64,000 nucleotides of DNA from a virus. A program made the translations under genes and the position numbers. The notes below the pieces were generated by a model. The model worked only from the letters and a program-made list of their open reading frames with translations, was not told the origin of the DNA and searched no databases. Shown here piece after piece: positions 37,601-45,929 of the stretch (the first letter of the stretch is position 1; each line of letters starts with the position of its first letter). Where the stretch lies: the IMG/VR virus record IMGVR_UViG_3300043466_002666. One strand, written 5' to 3'.

Positions 37601-40600
37601 ATGTAGTTTTGTGTTGATGAAATACTAATAGTATTATTAGTGTAATCTATATCATCATACTGTAGAGAAATATTAATTGTTGGATTGAAGTAGTACTTAA
37701 CTCCACCAACAGTTACATAGTCTTCAGAAGTAACTTGAGCAAGAGTCATTTCAAGATCAATTCTACCAAATGGAGGCATACCACTTGTATCAACAAGTCT
37801 TAGTCTATCAATTGCATAGAATGTTCCATTAGATACTGTGGAGAATGTAGCTCCAGTTAGAGTTACTTGAGTTCCACTATCTACTGTTGCAATGGTTGCT
37901 TCTCCAACGATGCCTACACCAGTTAGATTTGCAATCTTCATTCCAGGATACATTGCTGCAGTGCTTGAAATACCACTTAGAATACCACCAGTGGTTAGAC
38001 TTGCATTAAATGTAGTTGGAACAGTTAAACCAGTTACTGAGTCTAATTGAACAGAGTTTAGGAATGTTCTGCTTAATGGTTCAATATAAATTCTATTGTT
38101 GTCTAGGTTCACATTAGATGCAGATAGAATCTTCTTCTTGATTCTCCATGCATCGAGGAACTTAGGTGAAACATAGAGTCGATCATTGGTATCAGTTGCA
38201 ATATATCCAGTTTTCTCTGGTCTTGCACCCTTAGTGAAACCATAACCTTCTGGACCACCTTCTGGGAACTTCTCGCCATTGAGAATCTTATTGTTCGCAA
38301 TGAACATTCTATCTGTTACATACAGAGTCTGAATGTTAGCTCTGTCAGAAACAGTCAGTCTTGCAGTAGTAAAGAAGTTTGATAGGCCCTTGAGTAAGTT
38401 CTGTGATGCAGTGTTTCTTGCAGTAGTTGCAATTACATTGATAACAGTGTTGGCAATTCTGTTCTCAATATCTGATACATCAACACTATTAGATTCTGAA
38501 GATTTACGAACCTTAGGAACATTAAGTGTAGTGGATGACTGACCACCTGCCTGAATAACTTGGTTTCCAATGTAGAAGTCACCTTGAGAGTTTGTACCAG
38601 ATGAAGCAACGAAACCACCTGCGTTTTCGTAACCTTGAACGATGAACTGTTCGTATGCTTTGAGAACTCTAGTCTGTAGATTTGGGAAACCAGTTGAGTA
38701 GTTACCGGGACCAATACCGATATATTCCCAAGTGTGTGAAGAAGCACGGAGAATAGATGGTCTATAAAGTGGTATAGTTGGTGCAAGTGAGAGTAAAGTA
38801 TCTGATTCGTTGTCTACTGTAGCTCCGCTAGAAATTGATGTGGTGCTTGAAAATACACAAACAATCTTTCTTGATTCTTCATCAGATTGAATACCATAAG
38901 CGTTATCATCTGCAGATGCACTAAATGTTCTGCCAGAACCAATTCTATAACTGCTTCCATAGGTATTGAATGAAGTTGAGATAGTTGAGAAGCTGGCCTT
39001 ACCACTTCTGCTATCCCATGCAGCAACTGGTGCGACATCAATTGAAGTAGTAGTTGCAGCGTCTCTGGTTGCATAGCAAAGATTGAGTGCTCGTACAAGT
39101 CTATGGGCTGCTTCTGCAGTTACAGAAGTCATTGCAGGAACTTCTGCAAATGGAGTACCAGACTGACCACTATGATAATACTTTTTGTTTGGAACAGAAA
39201 CATCTTTTGCTCTATATCCACCAGTATTTGCACCATTGCCAAATACATATTCAACCATACAACGGGAATCCATTTGTGGTGGGTTCCAGAGTACTCTTGG
39301 GTTGGTAATATTTCCTTCTTCGTTGGTTGATGGATATAAGTAGTTTATATTAGACTGTACTCTATAATTGTTATCATTTCTGTAAAGCTCAGAAAGATTA
39401 TCTGCAACAATTGTCTGAAATTCGTCATCACGGGTGATAGTGACAGGAGTATTCTTGTAATTTCCAATGTCTCCATCAACAAATCTATCAATATCTGCTC
39501 TAAGAATAGTTAGATAGTATACTCCATCACGAATTCCTCTTTCCCAAGAATCAATTTCTTGGACATCATAAACCATGAAACGATAATTTGCATATGGAAT
39601 TCCATCTGGATCATTTCCGCCAGCAGTTCCTTTAATGATAAATCTTTTTTCAGGTGGCTTTGGAGTTACTGCAGTGGTTTTAGGAATTACATACTTAACT
39701 CTCCAGAGAAGATCATTTGGAACAGATCCTCTGGTATCTACAAACTTAGCAGAAGTCACTGAGCCAGGGAATGATTCCCAATAGGTTAGAACATTAATAT
39801 CTTCAGTAACTGAAACTACTTGGCTGCTTCCATCAGCAAGAGTTTCAGTTTTGGTGGTAAATTGAGTTTCAATAGTTTGTGAGAATAGGAAGTCAGAAAC
39901 ATATGTTCTTGATGAAGCATATGTAGGATTAATTTTTAGATATACTTTCTGTCTTGCAGGATCCCAGAAATAACCAATACGCTGATTATTATTTGGAACT
40001 TGGGAAGTTGAATCTCCAGTACCAGCAGTTAGCTGTAGAACTGCTTCATAAGTTGAAATGCCACCATTAGCATTGTCTACTTGGTTTGCAATTTTACAAT
40101 CTGCTTCTGCAAGTAAACCAGTTGCAGTATAGTATTCTCTGAAGAGATTGTAGTTATTGTTTGCACCGAAGGTTAGGAATCTCTTGGTTATAGTAGAACC
40201 ATTATTAACATCAGTGGTTTCAATTACAAGTTCTGGAATGTCATCTTCGCTGAGAACTCCAGGAATATCCAGATATACTTTAAATGAGTTGCCAGTTGCT
40301 GAGCTAAAGTTAATTTTTGCTTGCTTCCAATCTTGTTCTGCCTTTGTAGCAGATTCACCTAGGTTTGCTCTCCAAGTCTCTGTAGCATTAATTGGGTATA
40401 ATTCAGTGAACTGTGAAGTTCTATTGATACCTGCAGGTGGAATGAGTGCAGTAATCTTACCAGATGCAGATGGAGGATCGACCTGGAACTTATTACCAAC
40501 TGCTCTGAGTGAAATTTGACCGAAGTTGGAGTTAGAGTTGGTGATAGACATATCACCACCATTAACTGCCAAAAATTGATCAGCGTAACCAACAGCAAAA

Positions 40601-42516
40601 ACAGATACTACCTGAATGAAAGCTCCGTTGGATGCTTTGATGTGGAAATGTCTCCAATCATGCTTATACTCAGCATCTGGATCTGCATAGATTGGACCTC
40701 TGTTTGATGCAGAATCATCTTGAGTTGCGATGTTGCGTACTGTATCACCAGCTGCAAATGTAGTTCCAGAATCTGTGTAAACCTTACCAGTTGCGTTTCT
40801 TGGTTGCCAGTATGCAGTTGGATCTTTCTGTAGTGAGATACCAGTGAACTGAGCAACAACCATGGACTTGAAGCTACTCTCTTTTACTTTACTGCCATCG
40901 GTATGCATACCGCAAAGACCGAGGACAGAGCGAAGTGAGCAGTTGAAGATGTATGGTGAGCAAGAGTTTACAGTATCAATAGTAGTCTTTCTTGAAGAAT
41001 CTCCAACGATTTCGTATTCTTCAGTTCGTACTTCTCTTGTACCAGTTTCACCTAGAGCTTGTGCCCAAGCATCAATTCTCTTATAATATCTTTCTAGTTC
41101 ACCATCAGTAGTTCTTTGGTCTGCATATGTAAATGCAACTACTCTATGGTGAGAATAGTTTGAATTTGCTGCATTAGTGAATGAAGGAATGCCGCTTCCG
41201 CCATATGTTACAGAATTGATAGGAGTTGTAGCAGAATCTTTAAATGTCATCTGCCAGAAATAACAACCACCAGTTACCTTGAAGATTGAAGTCTGGTAAC
41301 CGACACCCACTACTTTTTTGTAGAGTGAAGTATATGTATCTGGGTTGTCGATAATGCCAGTAACGATACCCATGAGGCTTGCAATTGCAGACTCTGCAGT
41401 TGCACAACCCGCATCATAGGTATTTCCGGTGGAATAATCTACGCCAGCAGTAAATGTTGGCCTGTTAATTGTCTTGCCAGATGTAATTTCAGTATACTCA
41501 TACTGATCAGGAGTATTAGCATTACTCCATGCATTGATGGCAGAGATCATGATATCTCTTGCCTTGTTAAATGCTGCAATAGTAGCAGCCTTTTCATTGG
41601 TTCCAGTAATGTGCTGAAGAGCAGTACCGTTGGTATAGAATTCACCCGCTACAAATGAATTTGCGTTGCCACCCTCTCTAAGGTCTCCAATTACTGCGTC
41701 TACAATATATCCAAGGTCTCTCTTGCATGTTTCATTTATTTTTGAAACAGATGGATATTGTTGTTGTGCAAATAGGAATGCTTGTTCTACAATATATCCT
41801 CTTGACTTTTCAACCATATTAGCAGCATCATATATGACACCGCTAATTACATAGTTATCGCTTGAAATGCTTCCGTCATTAGAAACTGGAGATGGAACAT
41901 ACTTAGGACGAATTACAGTTTTTCTAAGATCATAACCGACGATAGAAGTACCTCTTGGTACGATAACACCACCGTTTCTTGGGTTGAATCTGTAAACTTC
42001 ATTACTAATATCAGTTAGCCCAGTAACTGGGTTTGTGACTACATCATATCCAGGTCTGTTATCAATGGTGTAATCACCCGGAAGAACCATAATGGTGTAT
42101 GCTTCAAACTTATCGTTTGCTGCACCAGCAACATAGCTTTTTCTGGACGCTTCAAGAAGTGCTCTCTCAATTGTTTTAAATGGCTGGTTAAGGTTACCAC
42201 CATTATTGCTTAAAGCGTCAGTAGCATTTTTGTCTGACTGGCTAACATATAGAACTACATTTCTGGAGTTTTCAAAATCTGGGTTAGTACCACCAAGAGC
42301 AGTATTATTTCCTGTAACAATACTTCCGTCTGCCTTAAAAGTTAATCTAGGTTGACCTGCAGTAGAAATTGAAAGTTCATTTGTCCCTGGGCTGTAGATA
42401 CCAGTCTGAGGACTACCTTCAAAACTTATAGCAGGAGCTGTTGGAGTATTATTACTATCGAACTTAATTACTATACCTTCCGCAATGCCACCAGATGTAA
42501 TTCTAGTTAGAGCCAT
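28669..42516 (-). CDS. giant virion structural protein (4615 aa)
   Basis: MALTRIT start, APAISF...TGIYSPG..ELSISTAG fibre motif, PFKTIERAL, KCxRD-like CKRDLGYIVDA, GSGY repeats; exact late promoter upstream. Confidence 0.8.
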   Translation of the reverse strand: MALTRITSGGIAEGIVIKFDSNNTPTAPAISFEGSPQTGIYSPGTNELSISTAGQPRLTFKADGSIVTGNNTALGGTNPDFENSRNVVLYVSQSDKNATDALSNNGGNLNQPFKTIERALLEASRKSYVAGAANDKFEAYTIMVLPGDYTIDNRPGYDVVTNPVTGLTDISNEVYRFNPRNGGVIVPRGTSIVGYDLRKTVIRPKYVPSPVSNDGSISSDNYVISGVIYDAANMVEKSRGYIVEQAFLFAQQQYPSVSKINETCKRDLGYIVDAVIGDLREGGNANSFVAGEFYTNGTALQHITGTNEKAATIAAFNKARDIMISAINAWSNANTPDQYEYTEITSGKTINRPTFTAGVDYSTGNTYDAGCATAESAIASLMGIVTGIIDNPDTYTSLYKKVVGVGYQTSIFKVTGGCYFWQMTFKDSATTPINSVTYGGSGIPSFTNAANSNYSHHRVVAFTYADQRTTDGELERYYKRIDAWAQALGETGTREVRTEEYEIVGDSSRKTTIDTVNSCSPYIFNCSLRSVLGLCGMHTDGSKVKESSFKSMVVAQFTGISLQKDPTAYWQPRNATGKVYTDSGTTFAAGDTVRNIATQDDSASNRGPIYADPDAEYKHDWRHFHIKASNGAFIQVVSVFAVGYADQFLAVNGGDMSITNSNSNFGQISLRAVGNKFQVDPPSASGKITALIPPAGINRTSQFTELYPINATETWRANLGESATKAEQDWKQAKINFSSATGNSFKVYLDIPGVLSEDDIPELVIETTDVNNGSTITKRFLTFGANNNYNLFREYYTATGLLAEADCKIANQVDNANGGISTYEAVLQLTAGTGDSTSQVPNNNQRIGYFWDPARQKVYLKINPTYASSRTYVSDFLFSQTIETQFTTKTETLADGSSQVVSVTEDINVLTYWESFPGSVTSAKFVDTRGSVPNDLLWRVKYVIPKTTAVTPKPPEKRFIIKGTAGGNDPDGIPYANYRFMVYDVQEIDSWERGIRDGVYYLTILRADIDRFVDGDIGNYKNTPVTITRDDEFQTIVADNLSELYRNDNNYRVQSNINYLYPSTNEEGNITNPRVLWNPPQMDSRCMVEYVFGNGANTGGYRAKDVSVPNKKYYHSGQSGTPFAEVPAMTSVTAEAAHRLVRALNLCYATRDAATTTSIDVAPVAAWDSRSGKASFSTISTSFNTYGSSYRIGSGRTFSASADDNAYGIQSDEESRKIVCVFSSTTSISSGATVDNESDTLLSLAPTIPLYRPSILRASSHTWEYIGIGPGNYSTGFPNLQTRVLKAYEQFIVQGYENAGGFVASSGTNSQGDFYIGNQVIQAGGQSSTTLNVPKVRKSSESNSVDVSDIENRIANTVINVIATTARNTASQNLLKGLSNFFTTARLTVSDRANIQTLYVTDRMFIANNKILNGEKFPEGGPEGYGFTKGARPEKTGYIATDTNDRLYVSPKFLDAWRIKKKILSASNVNLDNNRIYIEPLSRTFLNSVQLDSVTGLTVPTTFNASLTTGGILSGISSTAAMYPGMKIANLTGVGIVGEATIATVDSGTQVTLTGATFSTVSNGTFYAIDRLRLVDTSGMPPFGRIDLEMTLAQVTSEDYVTVGGVKYYFNPTINISLQYDDIDYTNNTISISSTQNYMSYYDYVTSVLPKSSQYNLHTILRNYSSVLSVIGDDVAIADTQYVRGTLGQNVASNIVDTPVRDTSVRISVDSNFWNAIPTRGAVTIRNSVSGNVRYTTFIYFKTSSFANQLCLLRRVDTQSSGDNNVTYIDDSATKIFFTGCQTYASYGDKWTFETAFIPDVESISEDVDIESATLYTLPQKPVPYTGDIDTKYTDSIVPNPVTSKALGANLQTKRAVKTFQPFENLTQVAKFATDQSFGPNDEVELIMKPGYYRLTGANFPCKLVINGSGVQSTSEQYSKEFAKRSAGRIGGYSLSEVKSGDSVSFFRSPGFSNTWGGRTDNLYVSSIGDNITSTGGLNISNIHFLGLNEAITRNEILDNSYSSDPSTIVARRRVRKAWYVKQSAGFPASTANIQGGLAFHTTYNSASAGKGLFSYYVNNQTLTDASGAIVNPTVDSTTFISKDSRFIKFVFTASNFTTSSDLQKFNWLRDYVIPGTTMYYFPNATTGSVTASTKKTKVLDVKKVISGSTLTGIELICALYDPTDGRSSADEDIDFTSATNLSDGVYLVFTNRDGDEFVSLTYNWCLEKRREFLPKSYTSSGEGYDDTEFDTPEIFGIVAGYQRDTINLVIDLNPSASFGGVNSFSRLGFAVTGDQTYLAVAATGGTAGSTGATFNVTRSGGAYTSVTVATPGSGYKIGDILTIPGTSLGGSSSNNITITVGSIVPAKKIYPQWFDMAKHTSITVQIGNNNEEYSITVPVFPNGFRRLYGRQNERYYLLEVNASAVASHPDNSGANSSVLGAFSGFSYADINGYALLDGQVFTIDGVTIGQDRRRTTGFVSDQEFERIAKYNLSQAGSGYRLSGSGMDTRGRKVFINYANSYRVTRKKFPTTAAPSVGNLGASLIKINGIPGSTNEIRLSDVTIGAFSDASDVSNTYGGAYHGGIISTNNGQIFINGVRIRGNLTLDWSSLLYSGNDNSATSPLANRLIATNKFGYGHSVDLIEPRGTTVINAIGNNDFKRINVSRDDILFKYYTTFSKSNNLYIEPNFLPSGKRVDYDSRTFPIQTISAIPKYDSNNTSFKTTVILDEKFTTQNISYSGSTSSSLDGNNLRFNNTFINIAAGVSGGHPDSSKILNSKTLVFTLPYDTQTQKDKAELIAKNVYPNYTKIVRGGNVDSVLAIVLTFNFYKQGTTAYFEITYSGNIEYNNYDSTANITDWSGFQLQLLTNFIPSQRFNYLATLTTRYKKIANADGTTYSKYELGFDSAQKKSIFANPKDVSIVKRGNGIATLPRVSGSSLNVIEFTNTNKTQTSGDKIKALLETDGAGNILSFDIISLGLNNNKNDVLRYPVTGNDYYEITVLETARVRTNITDVDYEMFEPGEIISAVANNTFIVNNFIETSLTGIKAALQRAKSIIAPGNYIQYGGQNYKIAKSTLGKPYLGIYQYANPANPEDIRTSLVVRLEEESYNITYNRTLANGELVSRFDLFEDDNILRYWPSAGRCEIGELELCDFNKIFVNNLIGYRLTITRSNTKYWPSYIHDWDGLDITENLQPGDPTNPTVATPTISVNNLVATEIKLADPVDTTASTYKRLAAIGYTTLSTSYLTHTGITTTNRAYVDVTSSADTLNEDAEKFEVGQIVSLPHRNIAQSWYRRGTNDTFDSWPKLYKFRVGTASGTAATPSSRNRIGDNLIFGEIINTKRATADFNDQTNETSGRIIFQNIAAPHQVANNVNTFINNRSEQAIFGVVDPLSIIESTRGLDRLNGIPLTGNQTTGVGTANITIASGSNTFTLTGAASVAFGLVPGIRVIHSSIPTGTRISSVNRTGTSPNFTYTITLNQNATAAISNQSVEFTANEEITFVVSNPLLTNLTAGTEFYIIPAFNTEGHPWDRFTNVFKSRISDIEKVSASNVVRLHLSDPISYGGTAVDGSGANPECLSHEDSRNFGFISINMGGWSYPRSGGSYLNSNLPLLTTNQNQIRLPNRSGRIQSGDTVKYTYEANTLIQGVGRDTRFVGGNRRYINIRNISLNEGDALKGFIGSAVSYYGSEDRFRRPGTYTVTHRRYTDKTGAQSDNYVFGNTSGSHSFITDENTLSTVAPITSYVYNNTTYYVDYGITPTVGNLTPDATYAGIIAQPISEFGVYYNNAGQILQNTSDPWRRSLVTLGGSAANTGVGAVVSFTIDSRGEVTALTIDTPGSGYAMNDFLIIRGAVFNYDNPRYPQDLVLYVSEVNQSGGIVSFVPRLELRNTVNSADIRYVDYDFNSTVFFYNRTINTNATAAAGQAVVSMSSTSGLNVGDGVSGNNIPPNTTITNITSTQITLSANITSTGLTNGQALTFRTNLPDETIYIENIGGNDIYLKARLTTNSPTSRETFEYDVNYIGGFTNGERLLFSVPKPSLKLVSGTVLTVTNALLDPDGYSTVTLDSPDNILYSEHSTPSDWLSVSDILVAHSSDLFKYDGPVAMRFMHSEFGGSVEFAQFRVWNSWYQNRTLNNGKGIYGSFGWVGNFGRTVDGVKVTGLSSSGALNINWGRQRGNSIWLAAQPVRPAWTHFGLTDSPDYNTQAFSPSFRYFHGNGTDTFFSSSQPIYLMENNQALTGSSQPNPVQHTNLNTENIYLSMHTSEKLLDDRWWAGWYHEGGIGPLTYQPYKWSSTFNSISNSRIKKLNTITWRYQDLKYRGGVSGKWGDIRWGTGNNTRLQETMIINYAQSYTPGAYTSSIYQRVGDYTFSLTAGQTDITFSGSGNGHILDGYELTANGSNAIVVGTDYIIGSVGSVPGTAISGTDFTQYGAPNNNAGTLFTATSAGSPTGGATFINASAKIARGDALYYKSGSNYVFVGFVLHLIDFNRVRLTAPGPAVPASSEAWILRTRGLKKVQFDNPVTNRGTTNLKGDNVMSSEMAGANGYNFAFNIGRRSYNTTPLLNTENQVQPIGNRWWWWSKDIAHLSVRPTFGDLSAFEWSLMNINMTRFNKKVHLESTVTVSAEPSTIAVDTVYI

Positions 42517-42549
42517 ATATTTACCTTGAGAGAGGCTAAAAACTAGATT

Positions 42550-42557
42550 TATTTATA
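42550..42557 (-). promoter_or_regulatory. T4 late promoter TATAAATA
   Basis: exact gp55 consensus 33 nt upstream of the 4615-aa gene. Confidence 0.8.
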
Positions 42558-42567
42558 CAATTTATTC

Positions 42568-42903
42568 TTATCTATCGAAGCAATTCATGCTATATTCTGT
42601 TGGTTTTAGGAAGTTTATGATGTGTAAAAGGGCTAAATCTGGCTTGGAATTTCCGCAGGTAAAAACGTCTAATGCGACACTACCATCTTCTGGCCAAGTA
42701 TGTATTGAAATATGACTTTCGGACAATAAAGCAACAATTGTTACTCCTTGTGGAGTAAATTTATGTGAAGATATTTCTAAAAGAGTTGCTTCTGCAATAT
42801 CTATAGATTCTCGTATTAGTTCTTTTAGAACCTTTTCATCATCGAGAATAGTATGGTTGCAGCCATATAATTCTGCAACACAATGCTTTCCTAACTTTTT
42901 CAA
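42568..42903 (-). CDS. speD: S-adenosylmethionine decarboxylase proenzyme (pyruvoyl-dependent, class 1B)
   Basis: GKH...ELYGC, HKFTPQGVT, LSESHISIHTWPE (E/S autocleavage site), DVFTCG; TTG start; late box AATAAATA at 42929-42936. Confidence 0.92.
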   Translation of the reverse strand: MKKLGKHCVAELYGCNHTILDDEKVLKELIRESIDIAEATLLEISSHKFTPQGVTIVALLSESHISIHTWPEDGSVALDVFTCGNSKPDLALLHIINFLKPTEYSMNCFDR

Positions 42904-43013
42904 GCTCTTACTAGTATAACGGATAATTTATTTATTACCAAAAAACCTCAATGAATAAAAATTCTGGGGAATTTTTTTGGGGCTATTTGGTAACTAAAAG
43001 TCAATTTTGATTT

Positions 43014-43199
43014 TTAGTATGTGTACTTGATCATATCTTCGGTTAGTGAACCATTGATAAATGCACACATGTTAGTAAAGTCTTGGGCGTCTGGTTCATG
43101 TAGCTTTAGGTATTCACCATCGTCTCCATGAAGATGGATAGTCCTTGATAGCATGTCCACTTCAACACGATTTAGAGTTGAGTTATCTCGGATGTTCAT
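43014..43199 (-). CDS. small hypothetical protein
   Basis: start re-assigned to ATG 43199 (MNIRDNST), since the track's TTG start lies in the promoter -35. Confidence 0.65.
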   Translation of the reverse strand: MNIRDNSTLNRVEVDMLSRTIHLHGDDGEYLKLHEPDAQDFTNMCAFINGSLTEDMIKYTY

Positions 43200-43221
43200 A
43201 CAAAGTCTCCAGTACCAACCT

Positions 43222-43250
43222 AGTATAGCACGATACCTGGCGGCTGTCAA
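43222..43250 (-). promoter_or_regulatory. sigma70-type promoter TTGACA-17-TATACT (extended -10 TG)
   Basis: intergenic between gp5 and the small ORF. Confidence 0.75.
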
Positions 43251-43262
43251 GCCCCCCTCGGA

Positions 43263-45710
43263 TTATGTATCGAAGATGGCTGGTGCTTCTCTCATGCACA
43301 GAGAAGAACTTACATCTAATAATGGTCCTTCTGTAATTCTAGATTCTGGAGCTGCAACAGTGCAGAATTTAGACCCACTAACGGTTTCTAATTCTAACGC
43401 TAATCTGTTACTTGAGGATATTCCAGCAGTTGTATCATTATTAATTGATAATCTAGTAACATTAGTCACTCCCATTATACTAGTATTAGATAATCCACCT
43501 TTCCAAACATTTTCTGCAGCGGCTTGAAATTTATTTGAAACACCAGTTCCAATATCTGTATTGGTTCCTGCACGAAGATTAATTCTGTTGCCGCCAATCA
43601 AACAGAACTTGTTTAACCCAATGTACTTATTTTCATACATTGTAGTCAATGTCCATGAACCAGATACTAAATGATTTTGTTCTGTGCAATTTGTACTAAA
43701 TGATGGAGCATAAAGATCAAGTTGACCAGATGCAGTTAATCCTATTTTAGATCCGGCAATGGCCAGTCCATTTCCAGCACTTAACATAGCATCATTTTTG
43801 TAGATAGATGTATGTTCTCCTGCGTATGTTATTTCGCTAATTTTATTAACGTTTAAATTATAATCTCCACCTACCTGTAAATGATAATTACCACCTACTT
43901 TCAAATGATAATTTCCTTTAACTGATATATGTGCATCTCCCATTATATTAATTTCTTGTTTACCAAATGTAACTTCTACTTTATTGTTACTATTGGTCAC
44001 ACGAATATTCCCAGCATCATCTACTTGGAATCCAGTTCTACTTCCTGCAGCTTCAATAACCAATCTATTATTATATGGAGTATCATCCATAACGATGATA
44101 TGTCTTTCACTTGCTTGGATAAACTGCTTAGAATATTCTGGATTCCATTTCCCTGCAATATTATTAGTTACTCTAAAATTAAATGGATTGCAATTATTTC
44201 CAGTTAATTGACATTCATTCCAATCAATTTGAATTGGAGATTCAGTAGTTCTATTACACCCAATTCCCAATATGTTCAATACAAACGCTACAATGTTTCC
44301 AACATTTGCTAGCATATTTGCATTGACATATCCATTGCTATCAAATAACTCTCCCATATCAGCAATATTGCCAACATTTTTGATGAGATCTATTATACCT
44401 TTAATAGCACTAGCAATCTCAGTTCCAACTGAAACAATTTCAAATATAGAACCAAAAATATTATTTACGCATTCTTCTGCAAATTGAATATACTTGTCTG
44501 CTTGAGCAAGTAAATCTGCAGCCATGTTCTCAACAAAGTCAACAATAAATCCTTCAATTCCATTCATTAGTGCATCTACTAATGCTTCATCAATAGTACA
44601 TGAAATTGTTCTGAGAATTTGAATGACAACTTCGGTAACTGTTTTTACAAAATATGGTATTGGACTACTGGCTGCCAGACCAATGGCATTTAATATTTTA
44701 GTAACTTCAGCCATTAGCCAAGACTTAACTTGGTTAACAATATACCAAACTAAGTTTCTAATTACATTGATACATCTATCTACAGCACTCTTTAAATCTA
44801 CAACTTTATTAGTATATCTTCCATAGATTTCAATCGGAGTATCTGTTTTTTTAATATACCTTACGGAAGAATTTATTGGGTGTGTTGATGGCTTAGTTCC
44901 ATCTGCACCTCGTTTTACATTAACTAGCGATTTTTCATTTTTTCCATTATATCCAATTATCTCATTTCCTATTTTAATTTTTCCTATTGGTGGAAATTGT
45001 GATACATTACTTACAGTAACATACTGCTCTTCAATTGACAAATCCCTAGTCAATATTGGATTTCCAGCATTTGGATTATATACAACCCCGGTTTTAAAAA
45101 TATTTCCAAGTCCTTCAATACAACGTTTGATATCTTCTACAATTGTTTTTGCTGGGCCATCTTTTCCATCAGCAATTGAAGTTGCACCCAAATTTCCAGA
45201 TGGATTTGACGGAGATGCAGGTAATGATGCAGCAGCAACTGAATCTGATGCTAGACCACCTTCATCATTGGTTCTTTCTGAATCTTGTGGCTGACCTGTT
45301 TTACTTTTGTTGGGAGATATAGCATTAACTGCACCTGGATTATTTGCAGCTGCAACTGTATCTGGTTCTATAAATATTGGTCTAATTTGACTATAAAATG
45401 ATCCCATTACTACAGGTTGCTGGCAGTCTGGATAATCAAGAAAAAATCCCATCACAAAACTACCAGCTTTTAATCCTCCATTAGCTGCATTGCCAATTCC
45501 ACTGACTGCAGCGTTTGTAGTTGGCTGCAAGACAAGTGCCCATGGAAGATTCTCTGGTTTCTCAAAAGGATCATGAAACCCAAGAATCTTTACACGTACT
45601 CTTCCTAACTTTGCATCTCGATCATCTGGGTTCTCAACAGTCCCCAGCCACCAAGTGAAATCATTATTACCAAGAAATGCTGAGTTTTGTAATGTAGGAT
45701 TAATTGACAT
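43263..45710 (-). CDS. gp5: baseplate hub / central spike protein, T4 gp5-like (OB-fold N-terminus, beta-helix C-terminus, no evident lysozyme)
   Basis: FTWWLGTVE...LGRVRVKILGFH...LPWA...VMGFFLD..CQQPVVMGS; MDDTP...RL; V.GNYHL.VGG repeats. Confidence 0.85.
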   Translation of the reverse strand: MSINPTLQNSAFLGNNDFTWWLGTVENPDDRDAKLGRVRVKILGFHDPFEKPENLPWALVLQPTTNAAVSGIGNAANGGLKAGSFVMGFFLDYPDCQQPVVMGSFYSQIRPIFIEPDTVAAANNPGAVNAISPNKSKTGQPQDSERTNDEGGLASDSVAAASLPASPSNPSGNLGATSIADGKDGPAKTIVEDIKRCIEGLGNIFKTGVVYNPNAGNPILTRDLSIEEQYVTVSNVSQFPPIGKIKIGNEIIGYNGKNEKSLVNVKRGADGTKPSTHPINSSVRYIKKTDTPIEIYGRYTNKVVDLKSAVDRCINVIRNLVWYIVNQVKSWLMAEVTKILNAIGLAASSPIPYFVKTVTEVVIQILRTISCTIDEALVDALMNGIEGFIVDFVENMAADLLAQADKYIQFAEECVNNIFGSIFEIVSVGTEIASAIKGIIDLIKNVGNIADMGELFDSNGYVNANMLANVGNIVAFVLNILGIGCNRTTESPIQIDWNECQLTGNNCNPFNFRVTNNIAGKWNPEYSKQFIQASERHIIVMDDTPYNNRLVIEAAGSRTGFQVDDAGNIRVTNSNNKVEVTFGKQEINIMGDAHISVKGNYHLKVGGNYHLQVGGDYNLNVNKISEITYAGEHTSIYKNDAMLSAGNGLAIAGSKIGLTASGQLDLYAPSFSTNCTEQNHLVSGSWTLTTMYENKYIGLNKFCLIGGNRINLRAGTNTDIGTGVSNKFQAAAENVWKGGLSNTSIMGVTNVTRLSINNDTTAGISSSNRLALELETVSGSKFCTVAAPESRITEGPLLDVSSSLCMREAPAIFDT

Positions 45711-45713
45711 CTA

Positions 45714-45929
45714 TCACACTTCGTATATACGGCATTCAGGAGCATCTGGATTTTCATCGCAATATAGCTCTAGTGGAGTTGGATCACTTGTTTGATTTGG
45801 GTGATTCTCCTTATATTTAATTAAAGATTCCAGTTCACTTTCTAGATATCTGCGTCTTTGTGAATTGGTGTTGCCATCCAACAATTCATTTTTGTTTTTA
45901 TTGATGTGTTGGTCTATGTTCTGATCCAT
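45714..45929 (-). CDS. cp12: CP12 Calvin-cycle inhibitor (cyanophage type)
   Basis: C-terminal PTPLELYCDENPDAPECRIYEV (C-x8-C); N-terminus IDQHI...QRRRYLESEL of the phage form. Confidence 0.9.
   Translation of the reverse strand: MDQNIDQHINKNKNELLDGNTNSQRRRYLESELESLIKYKENHPNQTSDPTPLELYCDENPDAPECRIYEV

Noticed and set aside
28669-42516. Intein or intron explaining the size of the 4615-aa gene
   Set aside because: No intein splice-junction or LAGLIDADG/HNH motifs noticed; composition is uniformly that of a structural protein
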